The notes under the pieces are model-generated. The model did no database searches. It was given only the letters and a program-made list of their open reading frames with translations, and was not told where the DNA came from. The position numbers and the translations under genes were made by a program. Of a DNA stretch of 64,000 bases, positions 26,078 through 35,547 are shown one piece after another. This DNA comes from Actinomycetes bacterium (lineage in GTDB: Bacteria > Actinomycetota > Thermoleophilia > Solirubrobacterales > JACPNS01): assembly GCA_023404495.1 (NCBI GenBank), contig JAEYBE010000026.1:5457-69456 (forward strand), read 5' to 3'. Every line of letters begins with the position of its first letter. The first letter of the stretch is position 1.

Positions 26078-27226
26078 TCAATCCGAGGCGACGTCGGGGT
26101 CCAGGCGCGCGTCGAGGATCGGATTGGCCGTCGGGACTCCGCCCTCGGCGCGCCAGCGGCGGATCTGCCCCAGCGCACCCGAGACCGTCGCCACAAGGGG
26201 CACGGCGAGGATTCCTCCGATCACCCCGGCGATGACGGTGCCGGCAAGCACCGTGGTGAGCGTCACCACCGGCACCAGCGCGACGCGGTCGCCGACGATC
26301 CGCGGGCGCAGGAAGATGCTGTTGATCTGCGAGAGGATCACGAGCACCAGCAACATGCCGATCATCGTCCAGATTCCGCCGGAGACAAACGCCATTGCCG
26401 CCACCAAAGCGCCGGACATCCAGGCGCCGATGATCGGCAAGAAGGCGAGCACAAACACGACGAGCCCGACGATTCCGGCGAGCTTGATCCCGAAGAGCAG
26501 CCCGAAGAGCGCCACTCCGCCGCCATAGATCGCGGCCATGATCGCGGTACCGCGAAGGTATCCGGCGAGCTTTGCATAGGCGGAGACGCCCAGTTCATTT
26601 AGTCCGGGGCGGTTGACCGGCGCGAAGAAGCCGAGCAGCCACTGCCAGTAACGGTCTCCCCCGGCCAACAAATAACCGGTCAACACGATTGTCAGGCCGA
26701 CGATCGCAGCCACTTGGGCGATCAACGGGGCGGCCGCCTTGACACCTTGCACGAGTGCGTCCTTGAGGTCTGGCACCGAATCCTTCACGTTGCTCTCGAG
26801 CGTGACGATCTGATCGTGCGAGAAGTTGAACGGCGGTCCGGCGAGCCAGTCGTAGAACTCGTCGCCGGTGTTGTCGAACGCTGCTTTGAAGGTGTCGATG
26901 TTCTTCAGGAACGGCGGGATCGCCAGCAATGCGAGCCCGGCGATCACGCCGAGCGCGACCATCACAGTCAGCGTCGCCGCAAAGCCCCGGGAGATCCCTT
27001 TGCGTTCAAACCAACCGGTCAACGGCGCAAGCACGGACGAGACGAGCAGCGCAAGCAGCAGCGGGATGACCACGAACTTCAGCTCGACGAGGATCATCAC
27101 GACGACCGCCAGTGCGACAAGGCTCACGAGGAATCGCCAGGACCAGCCCGCCGTCGTGCCCAGCACACCCCAGTCGTGACCGTCCAACGGGGGCGTCGGA
27201 TCGAACATCGATCGATCGCCGCTCAT
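26078..27226 (-). CDS. AI-2E family transporter (PerM/UPF0118)
   Basis: 382-aa polytopic membrane ORF with the length and topology typical of AI-2E. It overlaps the upstream gene by 4 nt (ATGA). Confidence 0.7.
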   Translation of the reverse strand: MSGDRSMFDPTPPLDGHDWGVLGTTAGWSWRFLVSLVALAVVVMILVELKFVVIPLLLALLVSSVLAPLTGWFERKGISRGFAATLTVMVALGVIAGLALLAIPPFLKNIDTFKAAFDNTGDEFYDWLAGPPFNFSHDQIVTLESNVKDSVPDLKDALVQGVKAAAPLIAQVAAIVGLTIVLTGYLLAGGDRYWQWLLGFFAPVNRPGLNELGVSAYAKLAGYLRGTAIMAAIYGGGVALFGLLFGIKLAGIVGLVVFVLAFLPIIGAWMSGALVAAMAFVSGGIWTMIGMLLVLVILSQINSIFLRPRIVGDRVALVPVVTLTTVLAGTVIAGVIGGILAVPLVATVSGALGQIRRWRAEGGVPTANPILDARLDPDVASD

Positions 27227-29310
27227 TCGTCTATTTGAACGTCAGCACCGGCGGCCGGGCGCACGCCAACCTCGGCGAGCCATTCGACCAGCTGCAGATA
27301 CATCTCCCGCGCCCCGATCAACTCGTCGGCTTCGCGTGACCACTCTGACGGCACGAGCGCAAACGGCTGGGTCTGGGTGCCGCCCAGCCCGCCGTGCGAA
27401 CCGACGAGCTCCTCGAACGCAGCGACCTCCCCGGACTCGGGGTCATACATGCTGACGACGTAGATATCGGGCGCGTTGGAGAAGCCGTTGTTGCGCGCGA
27501 GGTGCCGCGCGGCGTGCTTGCCGAAGTGCGCCAGCGGATCGCGGCCCTCGACCTCTCCGCTGTCAAGGTGATTCACGCCGTCTGCACCGATCGCCACCGG
27601 CCCGTCGGACGAATTGACCATCACAAATCCGACGCCAGGGTGCGTTGCGAGCGTCGTGATCAGCCCCGGGAACTCGCTCTCGATCGATGCGCGATCCAAA
27701 CGCTCAGAGAACTCAGGGAAGTAGACGAGCCCCAAATTGCCCGAAGCCAGCACGATCGCGTCCGGCTTCTCCTCGCCGCCTTCGATCGAGTCTTCGACGC
27801 GGTCGATCTCGGCCTCCGGACCAAGCCGTGCCTCGCCCGCCTCCGGCTGGCGCCGCTCGACGCTGCGCCGGACCATCGTCGCGGTTGCCCCGTCGGCATT
27901 GGCGATCTGTGTAACGGCGCCTCCGATGTTGCCCCAGGCCTCGTCCGCCGACTCGATCGCCGCGAGTTCCTTGCCCTCACCAATCGAGCGCTTGACCACG
28001 TCTTCGAGCGTCTCATCGAAGCGCTGCTTGAACGTCGCGCCCTGGGACTGGCCGTGGTCCGAGAGCACTACGAACTTGTACGGCCGTGGGGCGAACTCCG
28101 CGATCCGCTCGAGCCGCGCGAACTGCTGGTCAAGCCGCCGCAGCACGTCAAGCGCGTCGCGGCGCTCGATGCCGGAGTGGTGGGCCACCTCGTCGTAACC
28201 GACGAACGTCGCGTAGCTCACCGGCACGCCCTCGAACATGTCGCCGACCAGCGAGAAGATGTTGAAATCGCGCATCACCACCGTCATGCCCATGCGCAGG
28301 ATCGGATAGATGCCGCCGCGCGAGACGCGCGGCTGGATGTCCAGCTGACGCTGACGGCGCGCCTCGATCTTTTCCGTGATCACGTCCCAGATGCCGAGCG
28401 AGATCGTGCGGGACGGGTTGTAGGGGTCGGCGAAGTAGGCGTAGAAGTCGCGCGAGTAGAGCTTCTGCTTCACGCGACTCAGCGTCAGCAACGAGCGCGG
28501 CGCGTCGCCGGAAATCAGGTTGCCGCGGCTCGTGCCGCCGTAAGCAAGCAGGCCCTCGCCGGTCGAAAGCCGTTCCTCCACCATCGCGACGTCGCTGGCG
28601 CTGCTCGATGTGACGAGCTTGCCGGTCTCGCGCTCGTACCAGCGAAACGCTGGAATGTCGTCGTTGCGTCCCAGCAGCAGGCCGGCCTGGGATGCACTCG
28701 TTTGCGACGAGAGGTCGCACTCCCAGCTGACGATCCGGTGGCTCCCCTCCTGCATCCAGCGCGCCATCGTCGGTGCGTGTCCGTTGACGATCGCGCGGCG
28801 AAGCACCGGCTCGGCGAGGCCGTCGATCTCAAGAAAGAAGACGCCCGGCACGTCTGAGTGCTGGATCTCGCGCCCCTGGCGCCGAACCTGACGCCGCATT
28901 GCGCGCAGTACGACGCGCTCGTAGTACCAGTCGCGCTCACCGATTCCAAAGAGCGTCGAGAGCAGGATGTTCGCGACGGTGAGGACGATCACGATCACGA
29001 CGGCCGAGCTGGTCGTCACGTCGATTCCGTCCGCGAACTCGGCGGCCAGACTGATCACCACGGCGGCCAGGAAGATCGAGCCGAGGCCCATCGTGAAGAC
29101 CGCGAAGCGCAGCGCGAAAGAAATCACCAGCGGCCAGAGCAGCGCGTTGAAGAGCATGATCGTCGCGGCAACCAGGCACGCGATCCAGAAGTTCGGCAAC
29201 TCGAAGCCGCTCATCACGTTCGAGAGGATCCAGAGCACCTCGCCGTTGAACGCGACCAGCGCAAGCGCGCGCAGGATCGTTCCGAGAATCGCCCGCGCGC
29301 GGCCGGTCAT
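27223..29310 (-). CDS. Membrane-anchored alkaline-phosphatase-superfamily protein (nucleotide pyrophosphatase/phosphodiesterase-like) with a holin-like 4-TM N-terminus
   Basis: 695-aa ORF. The N-terminal ~120 aa are hydrophobic. AP-superfamily motifs FFLEIDGL, VAHHSG, VVLSDHGQSQG. Confidence 0.7.
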   Translation of the reverse strand: MTGRARAILGTILRALALVAFNGEVLWILSNVMSGFELPNFWIACLVAATIMLFNALLWPLVISFALRFAVFTMGLGSIFLAAVVISLAAEFADGIDVTTSSAVVIVIVLTVANILLSTLFGIGERDWYYERVVLRAMRRQVRRQGREIQHSDVPGVFFLEIDGLAEPVLRRAIVNGHAPTMARWMQEGSHRIVSWECDLSSQTSASQAGLLLGRNDDIPAFRWYERETGKLVTSSSASDVAMVEERLSTGEGLLAYGGTSRGNLISGDAPRSLLTLSRVKQKLYSRDFYAYFADPYNPSRTISLGIWDVITEKIEARRQRQLDIQPRVSRGGIYPILRMGMTVVMRDFNIFSLVGDMFEGVPVSYATFVGYDEVAHHSGIERRDALDVLRRLDQQFARLERIAEFAPRPYKFVVLSDHGQSQGATFKQRFDETLEDVVKRSIGEGKELAAIESADEAWGNIGGAVTQIANADGATATMVRRSVERRQPEAGEARLGPEAEIDRVEDSIEGGEEKPDAIVLASGNLGLVYFPEFSERLDRASIESEFPGLITTLATHPGVGFVMVNSSDGPVAIGADGVNHLDSGEVEGRDPLAHFGKHAARHLARNNGFSNAPDIYVVSMYDPESGEVAAFEELVGSHGGLGGTQTQPFALVPSEWSREADELIGAREMYLQLVEWLAEVGVRPAAGADVQIDE

Positions 29311-30074
29311 GCTGCGGCCCCAGCCGGCGGGATCGACAGTTCGCTGCCGGGCTCGATCAACTCGGCACGCGTCCCCGGCAGATCAGCCTCTTCGACCAGC
29401 GCACAAAAGCGCCGCGGCGGATCGACCAGCAGTTCGGGGCGTCGAGAGGACATGCCTGCCGGAAGGTACCCGCCCCAGTGGACCGGAACCGCGACGCGCG
29501 GCCGAATCATCGCCGTCGCCTGCGCCGCGCGCACCGGGTCCAGGTGGCCGGCGCCGAGCTTTGGACCCCATCCCCACACCGGCATCAGCGCGAGGTCGAG
29601 GTTCGGGTGCAGCTCGGACATCGCGTCGAAGATGTCGGTGTCGCCGGCGTAGTAGAAGCTCTGCGAACCGTCGACAACAAACCCGAGCGTCTCGGCCTCG
29701 CGGTTCCACGGCATCCGGCTGCCGGCGTGATCGGCATGCACGGCGCATATCGCAAGACCGGCCGCTTCAAGCTCGTCGCCTGCGCTGACACCTACGACAT
29801 CGGAGAACCCCTGCGAGCGCAGAATCTTCACGCTGTCGCTCGGGACGATCGCCCGCGCGGACTTGTCGACGAGCTTGAGCGAACGTTTGTCCAGGTGATC
29901 CATGTGGCTGTGTGAGATCAGCAGCACGTCTGGCGATCCGTATCGATCAAGGTCCACCAGCGGTGCCTGTCGCTGCAGGTGCAGCAATGCGCTGCGAAAG
30001 AGCGGATCCATCAGAACGCGCACGCCGTCGAGCTCGACGAGGATCGTCGAGTGTCCGGCGAAAGCTACGTTCAT
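29307..30074 (-). CDS. MBL-fold metallo-hydrolase
   Basis: ORF track trimmed to ATG 30074 (MNVAFAGHSTILVELDG...). HxHxDH motif LISHSHMDHLD. ATGA overlap with the downstream gene. Confidence 0.8.
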   Translation of the reverse strand: MNVAFAGHSTILVELDGVRVLMDPLFRSALLHLQRQAPLVDLDRYGSPDVLLISHSHMDHLDKRSLKLVDKSARAIVPSDSVKILRSQGFSDVVGVSAGDELEAAGLAICAVHADHAGSRMPWNREAETLGFVVDGSQSFYYAGDTDIFDAMSELHPNLDLALMPVWGWGPKLGAGHLDPVRAAQATAMIRPRVAVPVHWGGYLPAGMSSRRPELLVDPPRRFCALVEEADLPGTRAELIEPGSELSIPPAGAAA

Positions 30075-30127
30075 TTCGCGTTGCGACAAAGCCCCATGAT
30101 TGTGACGTATGCCGTAGGATTGCCGCC

Positions 30128-31531
30128 ATGAGCGAAGCACCCGATGCGCCTGAGACGCAAGAGACGACCGAAGAAAACGTCGACCGTCCGGGGTACTCCC
30201 CGTATCGCCTCGGTTTAGGTGTCGGGCTGGTTCTGACGCTCGCGTCGCTTCTGCTCTTCCTCTCGTTCTTGGCGATCTGGGCGGACCGCCAAATCTTCGA
30301 TTCCAAGCAGTGGACCGACACCTCCACGCAGGTGATCGAGCAGCCCGCCGTGCAGGACGCGCTGGCCAACTACCTGGTCGACGAGATCTACAACAACGTC
30401 GACGTTGAGCAGGAGATCAAGAGCCAGCTGCCGTCGGACTGGCAGGTACTCGCCTCACCCGCGGCCAGCGGCCTGCGCACGCTGATGCTCAGCGGATCCA
30501 AGAAGGTGCTCGAGCTTCCCGTCACCCAACAGGCGTGGGCCTCAGCCAACATGGTGGCCCACCAGGCGCTGATGACGACGCTGGAGGGCGGCGACAAGGG
30601 CAACGTCTCAACTCAGAACGGCACGGTGACGGTCGATGCTCGGTCGATCCTGATCGAAGCTGCCAACAAACTCGGCCTCAGCGGCAAGCTGGTGAACAAG
30701 ATTCCGGCCTCGGCCGGCACGTTCGTGATCTACCAGTCCGAGGATCTCTCGACGATCCAGAACGTCTACAAGGTCTTCAACGACCTCAAGTGGATCTTCG
30801 CGATCTTGACGATCCTGCTCTACATCGCGGCGATCGCGCTGGCCAAGGGCCGGCGTCGCCGCGCGGTCATCTGGATGGGCGCCTCGTTCGTCGTCGTCGG
30901 GCTGCTCGTTCTGATCGCCCAGTCGCTCGGACGCGCGCCGGTTGTGGGCTCGCTGGCCAAGACAAGCTCGCTCGAACCGGCAGTCGGCGACATCTACGAC
31001 ATCGGCACCGATCTGCTGACACGGATGGCCGACTCGATCATCTTCACCGGGATTGCCGTGCTGATCGGAGCCCTGTTTGCCGGCCCATACGGCTGGGCCG
31101 TCTCGGCGCGCCGATTCCTTGCGCCGTACCTGCGCGACTACCTCGCACTCTCGGCCGGCGTCGCCGTCCTGGCCTTCCTGATCCTGCTCTGGATCGCACC
31201 GGTCGCCGGATTCCGCACGTCTGTCGGACTGCTGATCAACACCGCGCTGGCGATCGCCGGTTTCGTAGCGCTCGTTTCGATCACCAAGCGAGAATTCCCG
31301 GACGCCGAGCCTGCCGATTTCGGCGCGATGGGCGACTGGTTCTCCGAGCGCTGGGGCGACGTCCGCGACGCGGTCAGCCCGAGCGAGAAGACGACGGTCG
31401 TCAGCAAGGTCGCCGTTCCGGATGCGAGCGACGACCTCGCTGAGCTCGAACGCTTGCAGAGGCTGCATGCCGAGGGCGCGCTCGACGACGCCGAGTTCGC
31501 AGCGGCCAAGAAGAAGCTGCTCGGCCAGTAG
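30128..31531 (+). CDS. Polytopic membrane protein with a C-terminal SHOCT domain
   Basis: ORF track 29912..31531 trimmed to ATG 30128 (MSEAPDAPETQETTEE...). Several TM segments. SHOCT tail LAELERLQRLHAEGALDDAEFAAAKKKLLGQ. Confidence 0.65.
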   Translation: MSEAPDAPETQETTEENVDRPGYSPYRLGLGVGLVLTLASLLLFLSFLAIWADRQIFDSKQWTDTSTQVIEQPAVQDALANYLVDEIYNNVDVEQEIKSQLPSDWQVLASPAASGLRTLMLSGSKKVLELPVTQQAWASANMVAHQALMTTLEGGDKGNVSTQNGTVTVDARSILIEAANKLGLSGKLVNKIPASAGTFVIYQSEDLSTIQNVYKVFNDLKWIFAILTILLYIAAIALAKGRRRRAVIWMGASFVVVGLLVLIAQSLGRAPVVGSLAKTSSLEPAVGDIYDIGTDLLTRMADSIIFTGIAVLIGALFAGPYGWAVSARRFLAPYLRDYLALSAGVAVLAFLILLWIAPVAGFRTSVGLLINTALAIAGFVALVSITKREFPDAEPADFGAMGDWFSERWGDVRDAVSPSEKTTVVSKVAVPDASDDLAELERLQRLHAEGALDDAEFAAAKKKLLGQ

Positions 31532-31537
31532 CTCGCC

Positions 31538-33439
31538 TCAGTCCGGCTGGACCGGACCCGAGGCGAGCACCTTGCGCACTTTGGCGGTCAGCGTCTCGAT
31601 GTCGTAGGCGCCCTCGTGGCGGCGGCCGTTGATGAAGAAGCTCGGCGTCCCGGTCACAAGAGCGGCGTCGGCACTCTCGACGTCATCGGCCACGCGCTCG
31701 GCAAAGCTGCGCGAGCGCAGGTCGTCCCAGAAGCGATCCACATCCAGGCCGATCTGCTGGGCGTAGTCGCGCAGATCCGAGAGCTCGATGTCGTGCTGAT
31801 GATCGATCATCAAGTCGTGCATCTCCCAGAACTTGCCTTGCGCGGCGGCGGCCTCAGCGGCCTCTGATGCGAGCTGCGCGCGCGGGTGCACATCTTGCAG
31901 CGGGAGGTGGCGCCAGACGTATGTGAGTTCGTCGTCGAAGCGTTCGAGCAGCGTGCGAACCGTGTCTTCGGCGCGGCCGCAGTATGGGCACTCGTAGTCG
32001 CCGTACTCGAGCAGCGTCACGCGAGCGCCGGCGGGGCCGCGGACGTGATCGCGTTCGTGATCGACCGGGACCGCGAGGTCTTCGATCAGCGCGGCGGGCG
32101 TCACGGATCCGCTTTTGCCGCGGGCGCTCATACGCGACGTAACGGAGATCAGCACGGCACCGAGCAGCGTCGATACGAGCGCCGCCACCAGCACGCCGAG
32201 CTTTGCCTCCTCAAGCGACTGTCCCTCGAACGCGATCTCAGCGATGAACAGCGAGAGCGTGAAGCCGATGCCGCAAAGGGCCGCTGCCCCAAAGACCGGT
32301 GGGATCTCAACCGGCAATGGCAGGCGACCAAGGCGCGGGTGCGCGGCGACAAGCGTCGTGATTCCGATACCGAACAGCTTGCCGAAGACCAACGCACAGA
32401 CGATTCCGATCGTCAGCGGCGAGGTCGCGGCGTCGCTGAGCAGCTCAGGCGTGATCACGATCCCGGCGTTGGCCAGGGCAAAGACCGGCACGATCAAGAA
32501 GCTCGTCCACGGGTGGAGTCCGAACTGCAGCCGCTCGTTCTCTGAGACCGCGTTCTGCACGTAGAGGCGCGCGCTGCGCGCAAGCTCGGCGGTCGGCTGC
32601 TCGCGGAAGAGCCGCGTGATCGCCGTCGCGCGCTCAAGGTCCTGGCGGGCCGGCGGCTTGGCCGAGATCGCCAGACCGATGAGAACGCCGGCAATCGTTG
32701 GGTGCACGCCCGACTGCGACATCGCGATCCAGATCGCGACGCCGATCAGCTCGTACGGCCGCTTGGAGAGCGGACCCCACCAGCGCACGAGCAGTGCGAG
32801 CGCCGCCAGCGCCCCGGCGGTAGCCAGCGCCCCCAGCGAGACGCTGGAGCTGTAGGCGAAAGCAATCACCAGCAGCGTGCCGACATCATCGGCGATCACC
32901 AGCGTCAGCATGAAGACGCGAAGGCGCGGCGGCAGACGCCGGCCGAAGATCGCCAGCAGGCCCAGCGCGAAGGCGGTGTCGGTCGGCATCACGACACCCC
33001 AACCGTGGGCATCGGAGCCGCCGGCGTTGAAGGCCAGGTAGATCGCGATTGGGAGCGTCATCCCTCCGAGCGCTGCCAGCACGGGGACCGCGACGCGCCG
33101 GCGTTCGCGCAGCTCGCCCATGTCGAACTCTCGACGCACCTCGAGGCCGACGACCAGGAAGAAGAAGGTCATAAGCCCGTCGTTGACCCAGTAATGCAGG
33201 TCGCCGCCGAGCGTGTGGCTGCCCAGCGCAATCGAGAAGTCAGTCGACCAGAACGATTCGTAGCCGTGCGGCCAGATGTTCGCCCAGAGCAGCGCCACCG
33301 CCGATGCGGCGAGCAGAACGATCGCGCCGGAGGTCTCGGTCTCGAGGTAGTTGCGCAGCGGCGCGGCGATGTTTCGTGTCCAGGCGGTGTGCCCGGAGAG
33401 ACTCCGGACCGCGTCGCCTGGTGTCGCCGCCTGATTCAT
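31538..33439 (-). CDS. nhaA: Na+/H+ antiporter NhaA fused to a C-terminal DsbA-like thioredoxin domain
   Basis: 633-aa ORF. NhaA core (LLWANIW..., WVNDGLMTFFFLVVGLEVRRE). The C-terminal ~190 aa carry CPYC in LLEYGDYECPYCGRAE and GTPSFFINGRRHEG. Confidence 0.85.
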   Translation of the reverse strand: MNQAATPGDAVRSLSGHTAWTRNIAAPLRNYLETETSGAIVLLAASAVALLWANIWPHGYESFWSTDFSIALGSHTLGGDLHYWVNDGLMTFFFLVVGLEVRREFDMGELRERRRVAVPVLAALGGMTLPIAIYLAFNAGGSDAHGWGVVMPTDTAFALGLLAIFGRRLPPRLRVFMLTLVIADDVGTLLVIAFAYSSSVSLGALATAGALAALALLVRWWGPLSKRPYELIGVAIWIAMSQSGVHPTIAGVLIGLAISAKPPARQDLERATAITRLFREQPTAELARSARLYVQNAVSENERLQFGLHPWTSFLIVPVFALANAGIVITPELLSDAATSPLTIGIVCALVFGKLFGIGITTLVAAHPRLGRLPLPVEIPPVFGAAALCGIGFTLSLFIAEIAFEGQSLEEAKLGVLVAALVSTLLGAVLISVTSRMSARGKSGSVTPAALIEDLAVPVDHERDHVRGPAGARVTLLEYGDYECPYCGRAEDTVRTLLERFDDELTYVWRHLPLQDVHPRAQLASEAAEAAAAQGKFWEMHDLMIDHQHDIELSDLRDYAQQIGLDVDRFWDDLRSRSFAERVADDVESADAALVTGTPSFFINGRRHEGAYDIETLTAKVRKVLASGPVQPD

Positions 33440-33481
33440 CGGCGAATTATGACCGCGCGCGACGCGCGGCAGTGTCGCGAG

Positions 33482-34807
33482 CTATTTGCCCGCGACCGAG
33501 GAGACATACTTGGCGATCGCCGCGATCTCTTCTTCTGAGAGCGTCGACTTGAAGGCCGGCATCGCTCCGCCGCCGTTGGTCACCTGCTTGACGACAAGCG
33601 CTTCGCCCGGCTTGAGGGAATCAAGATCAGGCCCGGATGTTCCATTCGTGCCGGCGTCGGCGAGCTTGTGGCAGCCCGCGCAGTTGGCGATGAAGAGTGC
33701 CTTGCCGTCAGGACCGGCAGCTTCGCCGCCGGTCTGCTCGCCGGCAGACTTCTCGGCAGTCACAGCCTCAGCCTGCTGCTTGATCTTCGGGGCGGCGGGA
33801 CCGCCGATCGAGCCGAGGCCGCCAATCGTGAAGGCGACGACCTGGGCCTTCTGGCCGCGCTTGTAGACGAGACCCGCAGGGACGATGAGCGTGCCGTTGT
33901 AGGCGGCAATCGGCGCGACCGCGCCGGCCGGCAGCGGCGAGGTCCAGACCTGGTCCCCGCTGTCGGCGTCAAAGCCGTAGACATTGCCATCGAGCGTGCT
34001 GGTGAAGACGATGTCGTTCACGACCGTCGCTGCGCCCAGCGGAACCGACGCAAGCTTCTTTGTCCAAGCAACCTTGCCGTCGCTGCTGTTGAGCGCGACC
34101 AGCTGACCGTTGTTCTTGTCGTCTGCAGTGAGCTCTTTGACCACGTCGGGCAGGTTGTCGGCCGTGACATCAGTCGGGACGTTGGCCACGGGGACGTAGA
34201 TCTTTCCGTGGGCAGCAGCCATGTTCGAAATGATCCGGGCGCGCGTGCCGCTTTTGGCCTTGATCTCGCTGTTCCAAGATTTCGCGCCGTCCTCGGCCGC
34301 AAGGGCCACGACGCGGCTCCCTGCCGCGCCAACCGCGATCGGCTTCTCGTCATCGCCGACCGTCAGGATCGGCGAGATCGACGAGGCGAGCGTACGCAGT
34401 TTGCCGTTGCCGCGGCTCAGCACCCAAGAGGGCAGACGAGTGGCGATTCGCGGGCTCTTGACGCCGGCCGAGAGCACGCCGCTCTGCAAGTTGAATCCAA
34501 CGAAGTTGCCGGCCGGCGCCTGCACGAAAACGTTGTTCGCGGTGATCAGCGGACTCGGCGCCTCGCTGCCAAAGCCGGCCTTGGTGCGCTGATTCGCCGT
34601 CCAGCCGACCGCGAGGTTGTTGACCGTGCTCGTCGAGATGCGACCGCCCGTGTAACGGGTGTTCAGCGAGTTCTGGTTGGGCTGGACCCAGGTGTCGGCG
34701 GCGGTCTGCTCGGAGCAGGCGCTGACGGCGAACGCCGAGAGCACTACGAGCGCGAGAACCGCGAGCGAGATCAGAACGTTGGCAGGACGGCGGGTGTGCG
34801 AGTGCAT
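33482..34807 (-). CDS. Lipoprotein: PQQ/BamB-like beta-propeller repeats fused to a C-terminal class I cytochrome c domain
   Basis: 441-aa ORF. Signal peptide with lipobox-like AVSAC. Repeats ALAAEDGAKSWN, ALNSSDGKVAWT, GFDADSGDQVWT. Haem site CAGCH with distal GGGAMPAF. Confidence 0.7.
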   Translation of the reverse strand: MHSHTRRPANVLISLAVLALVVLSAFAVSACSEQTAADTWVQPNQNSLNTRYTGGRISTSTVNNLAVGWTANQRTKAGFGSEAPSPLITANNVFVQAPAGNFVGFNLQSGVLSAGVKSPRIATRLPSWVLSRGNGKLRTLASSISPILTVGDDEKPIAVGAAGSRVVALAAEDGAKSWNSEIKAKSGTRARIISNMAAAHGKIYVPVANVPTDVTADNLPDVVKELTADDKNNGQLVALNSSDGKVAWTKKLASVPLGAATVVNDIVFTSTLDGNVYGFDADSGDQVWTSPLPAGAVAPIAAYNGTLIVPAGLVYKRGQKAQVVAFTIGGLGSIGGPAAPKIKQQAEAVTAEKSAGEQTGGEAAGPDGKALFIANCAGCHKLADAGTNGTSGPDLDSLKPGEALVVKQVTNGGGAMPAFKSTLSEEEIAAIAKYVSSVAGK

Positions 34808-34903
34808 CAGGCTGAAACTCTTTGGTGGTCGGGGGTCAGATTCGCGGCTAAATCTATCCGACCGGCAGGCTTGACCGCTCTCGCGGAGCCGGCTCTCCCG
34901 CAG

Positions 34904-35431
34904 TCAGTCGATGTGGCCTGCGTGACGCAGGCTGCGCGACAGCGCCGCACCAGCGATCTCGCCGAGCCGGCTGAGGTACGTCAGATCTTCCTCGCTCGGC
35001 GGCCGTGGACCTTCGTCGCCGAAAGTGCCGGTACCGATCGAGCCGAACCGCTCGCCATCGAGCACGATCGGGACGTTGATCACGGTGCGATTTCCGAGCT
35101 GTTCGACAATCTCCCGGTTGACTTCGTCGGAAACCTGGGCGTCGTCGATCACCTGTGGCGTATTTGACTCGATCAGCCGTGAGACGTACGGATCGCCGTC
35201 GATCGGGATCGGCTCCGATGAGTCCCAGAGATCGTCGCCGCCGGCGAGCTCGGCTGCAAGCACCCGGTACTCCCCGGTCGCAGCTGAATAGACGCCAAGC
35301 CAAGTCGTGCGATACCCGAGGGTGTTGCGAAGTTCTGCCGCGACAAGTTCGACCAGTTCGCGCTGCGAGTCGACCGACTCGAGCTGCTTCTCGAGTCTGC
35401 GCAAGAACACCTCGCGGTCCGCAGAACCCAT
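34904..35431 (-). CDS. Stand-alone GAF-domain protein
   Basis: 175-aa ORF with a GAF-like pattern (LVELVAAELRNTLGYRTTWLGVYS...VINVPIVLDGERFGSIG). Confidence 0.7.
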   Translation of the reverse strand: MGSADREVFLRRLEKQLESVDSQRELVELVAAELRNTLGYRTTWLGVYSAATGEYRVLAAELAGGDDLWDSSEPIPIDGDPYVSRLIESNTPQVIDDAQVSDEVNREIVEQLGNRTVINVPIVLDGERFGSIGTGTFGDEGPRPPSEEDLTYLSRLGEIAGAALSRSLRHAGHID

Positions 35432-35470
35432 CCCCGCAACCTACACCCGAGTGCGGCGTGCCGGTAACAG

Positions 35471-35500
35471 AAACGCCCCGGCCGTATGGCCGGGGCGTTT
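35471..35500 (-). terminator. Rho-independent terminator downstream of collagen-like gene 1
   Basis: 13-bp perfect stem AAACGCCCCGGCC / GGCCGGGGCGTTT with loop GTAT. On the minus strand it is followed by TTTCTGTT. Confidence 0.6.
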
Positions 35501-35547
35501 CGAGTTCCAACTGCGCCGCAAGCTAGGTGCGGCTATTCAACCGTGGA

